Both the position numbers and the translations under genes were made by a program. DNA of 64,000 nucleotides, taken from contig CAXXVO010000017.1 in the NCBI GenBank assembly GCA_963422645.2, positions 1 to 64,000 on the forward strand, in the 5' to 3' direction. Positions 38,663 to 48,525 of this stretch are shown here, one piece after another (the stretch's first letter is position 1; every line of letters begins with the position of its first letter). Source of the stretch: Alphaproteobacteria bacterium. GTDB taxonomy: Bacteria; Pseudomonadota; Alphaproteobacteria; UBA828. Under the pieces are notes generated by a model, which was not told where the DNA came from, ran no database searches, and was given only the letters and a program-made list of their open reading frames with translations.

Positions 38663-39532
38663 ATGCGCAAGGTCAAGGCAGCCCTCATTCAGATGAGCCT
38701 GAAGGGAGACCCGGCGACGGACTCCATCGAGACGATCCGAGACAACATGATCGCCGCCCACTTGTCGCCGATCGAGGAGGCGGCACGGCAGGGGGTGCAA
38801 GTGCTCGGCCTCCAGGAGGTGTTCAACGCGCCCTACTTCCCCGCCACCATCGACGACAAGTGGTTCGAGTCCGCCGAGGCGGTGCCGGACGGGCCCACGA
38901 CCCAGGCGATGTGCGAGGCGGCGAAGAAGCACGGCATGGTCATCGTCTCGCCGGTCTATGAGCGCGACCGCAGCGGCAAGTTCTACAACACCGCCGCAGT
39001 CATCGATGCGGACGGCAGCTATCTCGGCAAGTTCCGCAAGATTCACATTCCGAAGATCGGGCCTTACGACGAGAAGCACTACTTCGCCTATGGCGACCTT
39101 GGCTACCCGGTGTTCGATACCGCCGTCGGCAAGGTCGGGGTCTATATCTGCTACGACCGCCATTTCCCCGAGGGCTGGCGCGCGCTTGCGCTCAATGGCG
39201 CGGAGCTCGTGTTCAACCCGTCGGCGACCTTCAGGGGTCTCAGCGACCACATCTGGAACCTGGAGCAGGTGGGCGCGGCCATCGCCAACGGCATCTTTAT
39301 CGGCACCAACAACCGGGTCGGCACCGAGCCGACCTTCGGTAACCACGTGTTCTACGGCTCCAGCTATTTCTGCAATCCGCGCGGCGAGATCCTGGCGCAG
39401 GGCGGCGACGAGGACGACGAGCTGGTCGTGGCCGAGCTCGACCTCGACCAGATTCGCGAGGTCCGCGACACGTGGCAGTTCTTCCGCGACCGCCGGCCCG
39501 AGACCTACCAGCACTGCGCCCAACGCCCGTAA
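38663..39532 (+). CDS. Nitrilase-fold hydrolase, beta-ureidopropionase-like, paralog 2
   Basis: QEVF, FRKIHIP, ICYDRHFPE, RDRRPETY. Confidence 0.88.
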   Translation: MRKVKAALIQMSLKGDPATDSIETIRDNMIAAHLSPIEEAARQGVQVLGLQEVFNAPYFPATIDDKWFESAEAVPDGPTTQAMCEAAKKHGMVIVSPVYERDRSGKFYNTAAVIDADGSYLGKFRKIHIPKIGPYDEKHYFAYGDLGYPVFDTAVGKVGVYICYDRHFPEGWRALALNGAELVFNPSATFRGLSDHIWNLEQVGAAIANGIFIGTNNRVGTEPTFGNHVFYGSSYFCNPRGEILAQGGDEDDELVVAELDLDQIREVRDTWQFFRDRRPETYQHCAQRP

Positions 39533-39567
39533 GCCTCTGGCCCGCGACGTAGGGGAGTTCGGTACGC

Positions 39568-40440
39568 CTATCGCCGGACGCGTCCGTGCGTGATGGTGCC
39601 GAAAGTCGCGCCCCTGAGCAGTTGATTCTGAAGGACGAAGGTCACCGCGACCACAGGGATCAGGAAGAGCGTCTCGATCGCGGCCAGCCGGCCCCAGTCC
39701 ACGCCGATGCCGCTGCCTAAACTGGCTCCCATGCCGACCGGCACGGTCCGCGTCTCCGGCCCCGTCAGCAGCAGCGCCATCAGAAACTCGTTCCAGGTGA
39801 GGATCAGCCCGAGCGTCGCCGTCGCCGCGATGCCGGCCTTCACCTGCGGCAGGCAGACGCGGAAGAAGACTCGCCATTCGGAGCTGCCGTCGGTTCGCGC
39901 GGCGTCTTCCACCTCGCGCGGAAGGTCGTCGAAGAAGCTCTTCATCATCCAGATGGCGAAGGGCAGGTTGAACGCGGTGTAGAGCAGGATGATGCCGAGG
40001 TAGCTGCCGGCCAGCCCGGTCATGCGGAAGATCACGAAGAGCGGGATGATGAGGACGATGGGCGGCAGCATCCGCGTGGTCAGGATGACGAGCAGGTAGG
40101 TGTCGTTGCCGCGTAGCGGCCAGCGCGAGAAGCCGTAGGCCGCGCCGGTGCCGAGGATCAGCGCGAGTCCTACGCTCGCGCCCGAGATCACGATGCTGTT
40201 GACGAAATAAAGCTCGAACCCGGTCTCGACCAGCGCGCCGCCCTGGTAGTGCACGCGCGCGAAGATGTTGGCGAAGTTGTCGAGGGTGGGCGTGAAGACC
40301 AGTGTCGAGGTGAGGATGTCGCGCGGGCTCTTGAACGCGGTGAGCACGATCCAGAGCACGGGCAGGAAGTAGACGAAGCCCACGACGGCGCAGAGCGCAG
40401 TGCGCCCCCAGCCGGCCCGATCGATTGCGCGCCGCCGCAT
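39568..40440 (-). CDS. Carbohydrate ABC transporter permease (MalG-like)
   Basis: NLPFAIWMMKSFF, EDAARTDG (EAA loop), WNEFL. Confidence 0.9.
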   Translation of the reverse strand: MRRRAIDRAGWGRTALCAVVGFVYFLPVLWIVLTAFKSPRDILTSTLVFTPTLDNFANIFARVHYQGGALVETGFELYFVNSIVISGASVGLALILGTGAAYGFSRWPLRGNDTYLLVILTTRMLPPIVLIIPLFVIFRMTGLAGSYLGIILLYTAFNLPFAIWMMKSFFDDLPREVEDAARTDGSSEWRVFFRVCLPQVKAGIAATATLGLILTWNEFLMALLLTGPETRTVPVGMGASLGSGIGVDWGRLAAIETLFLIPVVAVTFVLQNQLLRGATFGTITHGRVRR

Positions 40441-40472
40441 CACGCCTCGGCCGCGCCCTCGGCCCTCGCGCC

Positions 40473-42158
40473 TCAGGCCGGTAGCGCGGTGGGCCAGCGC
40501 CGGTGCCAGTCCGTCTCGCGCTGGTACTGGTGGCCGAGGCGGAACAGCAGGGGCTCGGCGAAGGGCCGGCCGATGAGCTGGAACGAGGTCGGCATGCCGT
40601 CGGGCGTGAAGCCGCAGGTCGCGCTCAGTGCTGGCAGACCGAGATAGTTCACCACGCGCGTGTTGCGGGTGAGGCCGACGACCATCTTCAAGTACGCGGG
40701 TCCGTCGCGGTAGGCGGTGTCCGCGAGCGTCGGCGTCGGCATGGGCAGAACCGGGGTCAGCAGCGCATCGCAGGCGCCGAAGACGGCGTCGGCGAAGGTG
40801 CGGAGTGCATGGGCGCGGTATTGCAGGGCATTGATGTAGTCGGTCGCGGGGATGAAGAAGCCCGCCTGCAGGCGCTTGCCCACCTCGTCGGAATAATCCT
40901 CGTCGTGCGCGCGCTTCCAGGGCAGGTGGTTGGCGGCGCCCTCGGCCTTCATCACCAAGGGGTGGATTACAGAGACGGTATCCAGTGAAGCCGGCATGAC
41001 GACCGGCACGAGAGTGGCGCCGAGGCCGGTCAAGACCGCATGCGTGGCTTCGATCGCGGCCGCCACGCCGGGGTCGAGGTCTTCGTCGAAATAGCCCTGC
41101 GGAATGCCGATGCGCACGCCCTTCAGGCTCTGCTCGATTGTGGCCTCGTAGTCCGGCACCGGCTCGGCGCTCGTGGTGGCGTCGTTCTCGTCGGCGCCCG
41201 CGATCACGCCGAGCACCCGGGCGCAATCCCGCACCGTCCGCGCCAGCGGCCCCATCACGTCGAGCGACCATGACATCGGCATGCAGCCGAAGCGGCTGAC
41301 GCGGCCCTGCGTCGGGTTGATGCCGGCCACGCCGTTTGCGGCCGCCGGGCAGCGGATCGAGCCGCCGGTGTCGGAGCCCAAAGCGGCGTAAACCAGGCGG
41401 CCCGCCACCGCCGTGCCCGAGCCCGACGAGGAGCCGCAAGGGATGCGCTCGAAATCCCAGACGTTGCGGCAGCGCGGCAGGTGGGCGTTGAAACCGTGGG
41501 GCCCCATGGCGAACTCGACCATGGCGAGCCCGCCCAGGTCGATGGCGCCGGCCGCATCGAGGCGCTGGAGAACCGTCGCGGTCGCAGCCGGGCGGAACTC
41601 GCGGCGGATTCTGGAGCCGCAAGAGGAGACCTTGCCGGCCCGGTAGTACATGTCCTTGTGCGCGAGCGGCACGCCCGCGAGCGGGCCGGCTGCGCCGTCT
41701 CGACCCCGGTTGCGGTCCATCTCCCCCGCGCGCGCAAGCGCGTCCTCGCGGTCGGGGTGGATGAAGGCATGGAGTTGCGGGTCCAGCCGGTCGATGCGCG
41801 CGAGCGCCGCTTCCACCAGGTCGGTGGCGGAAAGCGCGCCGCTCGCCACCCCGTCCGCCGCCTCGCAGAGGCTGAGGGCCGCGATCTCGTCCGTGCCTCC
41901 GGTTGCGCCAGCGCCAGCGTCGCGCGGGCCGCCCGCGTCGGCATCCGCGTGCGCACCCTCTTCGGTGGTTCTCAGCGCGTGCAGCGCCTGCTCGAAGGAG
42001 GCCGGCAGCCGATCGAAGTCGTGGTCGGGGCGCGCGGCCTCCACTGCGGCGTGCAACTGACCCAGCTCGATGGGGAGCTCGGCGGTCCTCTCGTCGGAGA
42101 GAGGAATGCCCTGGCACTCCCGGTTCAGCCTATCGATCGTCTCGCTGCTGATCGCCAC
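40473..42158 (-). CDS. Amidase (GatA/AtzE-like) with extra N-terminal domain; start uncertain
   Basis: LAHKD, GSSSGS, GSDTGGSIR; about 90 aa precede the amidase domain; GTG with GAGGGAG upstream. Confidence 0.85.
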   Translation of the reverse strand: MAISSETIDRLNRECQGIPLSDERTAELPIELGQLHAAVEAARPDHDFDRLPASFEQALHALRTTEEGAHADADAGGPRDAGAGATGGTDEIAALSLCEAADGVASGALSATDLVEAALARIDRLDPQLHAFIHPDREDALARAGEMDRNRGRDGAAGPLAGVPLAHKDMYYRAGKVSSCGSRIRREFRPAATATVLQRLDAAGAIDLGGLAMVEFAMGPHGFNAHLPRCRNVWDFERIPCGSSSGSGTAVAGRLVYAALGSDTGGSIRCPAAANGVAGINPTQGRVSRFGCMPMSWSLDVMGPLARTVRDCARVLGVIAGADENDATTSAEPVPDYEATIEQSLKGVRIGIPQGYFDEDLDPGVAAAIEATHAVLTGLGATLVPVVMPASLDTVSVIHPLVMKAEGAANHLPWKRAHDEDYSDEVGKRLQAGFFIPATDYINALQYRAHALRTFADAVFGACDALLTPVLPMPTPTLADTAYRDGPAYLKMVVGLTRNTRVVNYLGLPALSATCGFTPDGMPTSFQLIGRPFAEPLLFRLGHQYQRETDWHRRWPTALPA

Positions 42159-42169
42159 GGCTCCCTCCC

Positions 42170-42682
42170 TCATGCCCCACGGATGGCGTCCGCCACTCTG
42201 CGCCAGAACACCTCGTCCCACCAGCGCCGCGCGGCGCCAGAGGTCGACGGCAGCACGTGGATCGCCGTCTCGCCGATGCGCCTCGGCTGCGCCCCGTAGT
42301 CCAGGGTCTCCGCGTCAAGGAAGACGCCCGCCGCCCGCTTGCCGTTGAAGGCCAGGACCGCGGGCCGGTGTTGTGCGATCTTGGCGGTGAGCGCGGCGGC
42401 ATCGTCGGCTTGCCGGGAGAGATCGGTGTCCGCGCCCGATTCCGTCTTGCAGAGGTCGGTCAAGCCGATGCCGTGGCGCAGAACGGTGCGGAACTCGGCC
42501 GGCGCGAGCAGGCGGGGCGTGAGCCCCACGCGGTAGAGCGTCGGCCAGAAGTGGTTGCCGGGGCCGGCATAGTAGGCGCCGACGCGCGCTGATACCGCGC
42601 CTGCCGCCGAGCCGCAGAAGACGATGCGCAGCCCGGGGCCGAGCACGTCGGGCAGGACATCCGGCAGGGTCGGGGCAGCCAT
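42170..42682 (-). CDS. Mismatch-specific uracil-DNA glycosylase (Mug/TDG-like)
   Basis: GLRIVFCG, YYAGPGNHFW, GIGLTDL, LPSTSGA. Confidence 0.85.
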   Translation of the reverse strand: MAAPTLPDVLPDVLGPGLRIVFCGSAAGAVSARVGAYYAGPGNHFWPTLYRVGLTPRLLAPAEFRTVLRHGIGLTDLCKTESGADTDLSRQADDAAALTAKIAQHRPAVLAFNGKRAAGVFLDAETLDYGAQPRRIGETAIHVLPSTSGAARRWWDEVFWRRVADAIRGA

Positions 42683-42766
42683 AGGCTGGGGCTTGCCTCC
42701 TCTTGCGCTCACCAGCGCGCTCTATCATAGACAGTCTGCGGTTGACGACAGCGGAGGAGCGGGACG

Positions 42767-44026
42767 GTGCGGAACCTCAAGGTGGATGGTGATCGCCTGT
42801 GGGCGAGCCTCATGGAGATGGCGAAGATCGGGGCGACGGAGAAGGGCGGCGTCTGCCGCCTCGCGCTCACCGACGTGGACAAGGCGGCGCGCGATCTCTT
42901 CGTGCAATGGTGCGAGGAAGCCGGCTGCACCGTCGGCATCGACAAGATGGGCAACATCTTTGCCCGGCGGGCGGGCAAGGACGACTCGCTCCCGCCGGTG
43001 ATGACCGGCAGCCATATCGACAGCCAGCCGACCGGCGGCAAGTACGACGGCATCTACGGCGTGCTCGCCGGCCTTGAGGTGATCCGCACCCTCAATGACC
43101 TCGGCTACGAGACCGACGCGCCCATCGAGGTTTCGGCCTGGACCAACGAGGAAGGCTCACGCTTCGCGCCGGCGATGGTCGCCTCCGGCGTTTTCGGCGG
43201 CGTCTTCACGCTGGAGGAAGGACTGGCCTGCGCGGACGTCGACGGCAAGACCATCGGCGAGGAGCTTGAGCGCATCGGCTACGCCGGCGAGATGGAGTGT
43301 GGCGGGCGCGAGGTCGGGGCCTTCTTCGAAGCCCATATCGAGCAGGGGCCGATCCTCGAAGCCGAAGAGAAGACCATCGGCATCGTGCAGGGCGTGCAGG
43401 GTATCAGCTGGTTCGACGTGACCGTGACCGGCATGGAATCCCACGCCGGCACCACGCCGATGGAGCGCCGCAAGGACGCGATGGTGGGCGCCGCCATACT
43501 GGTCGCGGCGATCGACCAGCTTGCCCTGGACAACGCGCCGGATGCCCGCTCCACGATTGGCGTGATGCGGGTGAGCCCCAACTCGCGCAACGTCATCCCC
43601 GGCTCGGTCTACTTCTCGGTGGACCTGCGCCATCCCGATGCCGAGACGCTTGCGGCGATGACCGCAGAGGCCCAACGCCAGGCAGAGGCGCTTGCCGCCG
43701 AGCGCAGGCTTGAGATCACGTTCGAGGAGATTTGGCACTCGCCGCCGGTGAAGTTCGCCGCCGATTGCGTCGGCGCTGTTGAGAACGCGGCCGAGACCCT
43801 AGGCTACGCGAGCCGGCCGATCACCTCCGGCGCAGGCCACGACGCGGTCTACGTGTCGCGCGTCGCCCCCACCGGCATGATTTTCATCCCCTGCGAGGAC
43901 GGGATCAGCCACAACGAGATCGAGGCCGCGACCCAGGCCGACATCGCTGCCGGCTGCGACGTGCTGCTCAACGCGATGGTCGCGCTCGCCACCCGCGACG
44001 AGGGCGAGGCGCGCGAGGGCGCGTGA
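42767..44026 (+). CDS. M20 Zn-dependent N-carbamoyl-amino-acid hydrolase (beta-ureidopropionase/allantoate amidohydrolase family)
   Basis: GSHIDSQPTGGKYDG, NEEGSRF, EAHIEQGP, HAGTTPM, SGAGHDA, SHNE. Confidence 0.93.
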   Translation: MRNLKVDGDRLWASLMEMAKIGATEKGGVCRLALTDVDKAARDLFVQWCEEAGCTVGIDKMGNIFARRAGKDDSLPPVMTGSHIDSQPTGGKYDGIYGVLAGLEVIRTLNDLGYETDAPIEVSAWTNEEGSRFAPAMVASGVFGGVFTLEEGLACADVDGKTIGEELERIGYAGEMECGGREVGAFFEAHIEQGPILEAEEKTIGIVQGVQGISWFDVTVTGMESHAGTTPMERRKDAMVGAAILVAAIDQLALDNAPDARSTIGVMRVSPNSRNVIPGSVYFSVDLRHPDAETLAAMTAEAQRQAEALAAERRLEITFEEIWHSPPVKFAADCVGAVENAAETLGYASRPITSGAGHDAVYVSRVAPTGMIFIPCEDGISHNEIEAATQADIAAGCDVLLNAMVALATRDEGEAREGA

Positions 44027-44029
44027 TCC

Positions 44030-45067
44030 CTATCCCGCGACTTCGCGGCGGACAATGGCGGCGCCTTCGACCATCGCTTTGAGTTTGCCGAAAGCGGTCT
44101 GCCGCGCGAGGTATTTCATGCCGCAGTCTGGTGCGGCGACGAGGCGGTCCGCCGGCACCACCGCGAGCGCCTCGCGCAACCTCGCCGCCACCGTCTCCGG
44201 CCGTTCGATTTCGGGATCGCTCATGTCGATCACGCCGTAGAGGATCTCCTTCGACGGCAGGTGGGCCAAGATCGCCGGGTCGAGCCCGGGCTGCGCCGCT
44301 TCGATGGAGACTTGGTCCGCCATCGTCGCCTCCAGCTCCGGCAGGAAGGAGTAGCCGCCTGGCTTCTCCGTCTTCATTACGGCGGCGTAGCCGAAGCAGA
44401 GGTGCAGCGCGGTTTTGCCGTCCACGCCCTCCAGCGCCCGGTTGATCGCCTTCACCGCGAAGGCGCGCGCAGCCTCGGGCCGGGCCTGCACGTAGGGCTC
44501 GTCGAGCTGAACGATGTCGGCGCCGGCGGCGAAGAGCTCCTTGATCTCCTCGTTGACCGCGTCGGCGTAGGCCAGGGCGAGGCTTTCGTCGTCGGGGTAG
44601 TAGGCGTTCTCCGCCTGCTGGGTCATGGTGAAGGGGCCGGGCAGCGTGATCTTGATCGTGCGCTCCGTGTTGGCTCGCAGGAATCGAACATCGTCCACTT
44701 CGATGGGGCGCTCGCGCCGGATCGGCCCTGAGACGAGGGGGACCGGCGCGGGGTTTCCGGTGCGGTCCAAGTGCGTGCCGATCCGCTCCCTGTCGATGCC
44801 GCCGAGTGCGGTGGCGACCCGGTTGGAATAGCTCTCGCGCCTGATCTCGCCGTCGCTGATAACGTCGACTCCGGCGCGTTCCTGATCCCGGATCGCGGCG
44901 AGCGTCGCCGCCTCCTGCGCCTCCTCCAGATGCTCGGGCGGGATACGCCAGATCTCGTGCGCGCGCACCCGTGGTGGCAACCTGTTCACCAGATTGTCCC
45001 GGTCGATCAGCCATTCCGGCTGCGGATAGCTGCCGACGACGGCGGTGGTCAGCACGTCTTGGCTCAT
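44030..45067 (-). CDS. Cobalamin-independent methionine synthase catalytic-domain-only protein
   Basis: VVGSYPQP, SDGEIRRE, QLDEP, HLCFG, PDCG Zn ligands; 345 aa. Confidence 0.88.
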   Translation of the reverse strand: MSQDVLTTAVVGSYPQPEWLIDRDNLVNRLPPRVRAHEIWRIPPEHLEEAQEAATLAAIRDQERAGVDVISDGEIRRESYSNRVATALGGIDRERIGTHLDRTGNPAPVPLVSGPIRRERPIEVDDVRFLRANTERTIKITLPGPFTMTQQAENAYYPDDESLALAYADAVNEEIKELFAAGADIVQLDEPYVQARPEAARAFAVKAINRALEGVDGKTALHLCFGYAAVMKTEKPGGYSFLPELEATMADQVSIEAAQPGLDPAILAHLPSKEILYGVIDMSDPEIERPETVAARLREALAVVPADRLVAAPDCGMKYLARQTAFGKLKAMVEGAAIVRREVAG

Positions 45068-45234
45068 GGGGTCCGTCCCGCTTGTTGTTCAAGAACCGGC
45101 CGCATCGGCGGCCGCGGCCCGCACACCCTACCGATTGGGCATAGTATTGCCACATTGATCAGCTACCCCGAAGCTCGGGAATCCCGCTAGTCTGGGGTGG
45201 CGCCTGTGAACGGCACAGCACGGAGTGAGGGGCG

Positions 45235-46065
45235 ATGAAACTCTGCCTGATCCAGATGAACAGCACGCCCGACCATGGGGAGAACGTGGCCCGCGCGGCC
45301 GGCTACATCGACCGAGCGGTCGCGGCCCAGAAACCCGATCTCGTGGTTGTGCCCGAGTTCTTCAACCACCCTTACGTCTTCCAGTATCGCGACTACGCGC
45401 ATATCGACGAGGCGGAGGGCGAGGATGGCATCGCCATCTCGACCATGCGCGCCAAGGCGCGCGAGCACGGCATCCACATCATCGCCACCATCTTCGAGGC
45501 CGAGTCCGCCGGCCTCTGCTACGACAGCGCCATCGTGATCGATCCCGCAGGCGAGATTCTCGGCCGCTACCGCAAGGCGCATCCGGCGGCGGTGCGCAGC
45601 CTGGAGAAGATCTACTTCCGCTACGGCTCGCACTTCCCAGTGTTCAAGGTCGGCGAGTGGCGGGTCGGGATCAACATTTGCTACGACACGTTCTTTCCCG
45701 AATCCGCGCGCTGCGCCGCAGTCAACGGGGCCGAGCTGATCGTGGTGCCCTTCGCGGCGCCGGCGGTCGCCTGCTGGCGTGAGATCATGCAGACCCGCGC
45801 CTTCGAGAACGGCGTCTACTTCGCACCCTGCAACAAGGTGGGTCTGGAAGGGGAGTGGACCTTCGGCGGTCGCAGCATGATCGTCGCCCCCGATTCCGAG
45901 GTGCTTGCCGAGGCGGGCGACGACGGGGACGAGACCATTACGGCGACCCTAGACCGCGCTCGCGTGATCGAGGCCCGGCGCGCCTGGCCCATGTTTCGGG
46001 ACCGCCGCCCAGACCTCTACACTGCGATCACGACACCGACGGAAGACATTCCGCGTATCGACTGA
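45235..46065 (+). CDS. Carbon-nitrogen hydrolase (nitrilase superfamily)
   Basis: VPEFF, YRKAH, ICYD, RAFEN, RDRRPDLY. Confidence 0.9.
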   Translation: MKLCLIQMNSTPDHGENVARAAGYIDRAVAAQKPDLVVVPEFFNHPYVFQYRDYAHIDEAEGEDGIAISTMRAKAREHGIHIIATIFEAESAGLCYDSAIVIDPAGEILGRYRKAHPAAVRSLEKIYFRYGSHFPVFKVGEWRVGINICYDTFFPESARCAAVNGAELIVVPFAAPAVACWREIMQTRAFENGVYFAPCNKVGLEGEWTFGGRSMIVAPDSEVLAEAGDDGDETITATLDRARVIEARRAWPMFRDRRPDLYTAITTPTEDIPRID

Positions 46066-46082
46066 TCGTCGTGGCCGTGAAG

Positions 46083-47615
46083 ATGGAGAGCGCAAGACGA
46101 ACCCTGGCGGGCGCCGGCCTCGCCTGCGCGCTGTCACTTGCCGGTGCGGTGCTCCCGGTTTCGGCCGCCCTTGCCGCGCTGGAGGAGGGCGCGCCCGTGC
46201 CCGCCGCGCGCGCGATCCCCGTCGCGCCGGTCGATCCCGACGGCACGGTTGGGCGAATCGTCCTCGGTGTCGCGGATTGGCTGGAGCAGCGCCTAGGCTT
46301 CGGTTCCGACAGTGTGCGCCTTGCGCTCGATGCGCCGCTATGGGCGGAGGAGCGGGATGGCACCGTCACCCTCCACCTCCCCGGCGCGCGCCTCGTGGAG
46401 CCCTCTACACCCCTCGTCCAGTGGGCACTCGGCGACTTGGCCATCGCGGTGACGCCGCGGGGGGAGACGGCCTACGACTTCGAGAGCGCCTTGCCGCCTG
46501 CGATCGACAAGGGTCAGGACCAGTTCTTCATCGACCAAGGCACGGTCTCCGGCACCTGGCGATCGGATCTGGAGATCACGACCAGGCTGGAAGCCAACGC
46601 CGCCAACATCCGATTCGTGGAAAGCAAGGGCTCTCAAGTGGTGGAGACGCTGTCGCTCGGAGCGCTTTCCTTCGCGGACGAGCTGGTCGAGGGCGACGAC
46701 GGGCTGTGGGACGGCCGCTCCACCCTCAAACTTTCTGACCTTGAGGCCGAGGGCTTCAGCCTGGGCCGGCTCGACGTCGCCGGCACCTTCGAGGATTTCG
46801 ACCGCAGTCTGATCCTGCGGATGCGCGGAGACTTCGGCTCGTTCGCAGGCGGCGCAAGCAACCCGACGGCGCTCGGCGACCTTCTGATGCCTCTCGTGGA
46901 GGGCCGCTGGGGGCGATCGGAGATGACGATCACCCTGCACGACTTGACGGCGACCGGCGACGATGCGGACCTGGGCGACGGCGAACTCTCGCTCGGGCGG
47001 TTGGAATGGCGCGTCGGTGCCGACGGTCGAAGGGACTTCACGGATCTCTCCACGTGGATTTCGGCCGCCGACGTAGTGCTCGGCGGGGACGCCGCCGATG
47101 AGATTCCACCCGCGCTCATGCCCCACACCGCGACCGTTGATATCGTCCTCAGCCGATTGCCATTACGGAGAATTGCTGACTCCCTCTCTGGTCTCGCGAA
47201 ACGGGGAGAGATGGGTGGGCCCGGCGAAGAGCCGATGATGGAGGTCATTCTGGACCATCTGGATGCGGCGGATTCGTCGTTCGAATTTCGGGAGATCCAT
47301 GTCGTCACGCCGTCGTGCGAGCTCCGCGCCGAGGGGCGGCTGCAGGTTGAGCCGGACAGCGTCTTCGGCATCATCGGGCGCATGGATGCCCGCGTTCGGG
47401 GGCTGAGCGCGCTCATGGCGCTGGCAGCGAAGGAGGGCGAAGAGGACATGGTGGCACTGCTCATCGTCCTCCAGGGCCTCGGCAGGCCGGTCTTCAACGA
47501 GGGCGCGGATGAGCCCTTCTACGCCTACGAGATCGACCTGCGCCGCGACGGTGCCGTCACCGTCAACGGCATCCCCTTCGACATGCTGCTCCAGGGTGTC
47601 CTCTCGGCCCAATGA
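46083..47615 (+). CDS. Hypothetical exported acidic beta-rich protein
   Basis: Signal-peptide-like N-terminus; long ORF with host-like codon use; ends in VTVNG. Confidence 0.7.
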   Translation: MESARRTLAGAGLACALSLAGAVLPVSAALAALEEGAPVPAARAIPVAPVDPDGTVGRIVLGVADWLEQRLGFGSDSVRLALDAPLWAEERDGTVTLHLPGARLVEPSTPLVQWALGDLAIAVTPRGETAYDFESALPPAIDKGQDQFFIDQGTVSGTWRSDLEITTRLEANAANIRFVESKGSQVVETLSLGALSFADELVEGDDGLWDGRSTLKLSDLEAEGFSLGRLDVAGTFEDFDRSLILRMRGDFGSFAGGASNPTALGDLLMPLVEGRWGRSEMTITLHDLTATGDDADLGDGELSLGRLEWRVGADGRRDFTDLSTWISAADVVLGGDAADEIPPALMPHTATVDIVLSRLPLRRIADSLSGLAKRGEMGGPGEEPMMEVILDHLDAADSSFEFREIHVVTPSCELRAEGRLQVEPDSVFGIIGRMDARVRGLSALMALAAKEGEEDMVALLIVLQGLGRPVFNEGADEPFYAYEIDLRRDGAVTVNGIPFDMLLQGVLSAQ

Positions 47616-47768
47616 GAGGCCATCCCGGAGGGGATGATCCAGGCATGACCGCCTGGGCCTTGACCGTGATGAAAATTCCGGTCTGGCCGCCCACGGCGAT
47701 CCACGCCGCCTCTTGCCAGGGTGTGGCGGGGGCGGGATAGTTTTGCGGACCAGCCCAGAGGTTTAGGC

Positions 47769-48323
47769 ATGAGTGAGGAGTTCGATTGGGAGATACCGCT
47801 CTCGGCGCAGCCGAAGCCGGAGCAGGTGTCCTTCGACCTTGACGGCGCGCTTGGCGCTGTCGTCGGCCTGCGCGCGACCATCCCGGAGGACGCGTTCACC
47901 GCCGGGATCCTGGGGACAGAGAGGACCGGCAGCGGGATCCTGATCGGCGCGAGCGGCCTCGTGCTCACCATCGGCTATCTGATCGCCGAGGCGGAATCGG
48001 TCTGGCTGACGGCGAACGACGGCAGCGTGCTCGCGGGCCACGCGCTGGGCTATGACTTCGAATCGGGATTCGGTCTGGTGCAGGCGCTCGGCCGCTTCAA
48101 CATTGCTCCGCTCGAGCTCGGATCTTCGGCGGCCCTCGAGGTCGGCGACTTCGTGATCATGGCTGGCGAAGGCGGCCGGCGCCACTCGCTGAAGGCCCGT
48201 GTCACCGCCAAGCGCGAGTTCGCGGGCTATTGGGAATATGTGCTGGACGAGGCCGTCTTCACGTCTCCACCGCATCCCAACTGGGGCGGGAGCGGTCTGA
48301 TCGACCGCCACGGCCGGTGTAGC
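47769..48323 (+). pseudogene. Trypsin-like (S1C) serine protease family protein, 3'-truncated by IS21
   Basis: GSGILI, LTIGYLI, EFAGYWEY, PPHPNWGGSGLID, then abrupt loss of similarity at the IS end. Confidence 0.82.
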
Positions 48324-48525
48324 TGTCAATCGGCTTTCAATACTGACCCCCGATCGGCGTGCAAAATTGACCCCCCTGAGTGGCACGGCGGAGGTTGTCC
48401 CGGTAGCCAATAGGGGGGACCCGCGCGGCTTCGTGTGGCGCCCTGCGCTACGCGGAGCGAAGCCGCGTGGGGGGTCCCTGTTGGCCCACCGGGGCAACCG
48501 GGCCGCAAGGGAGGCCGGCGGCGGG

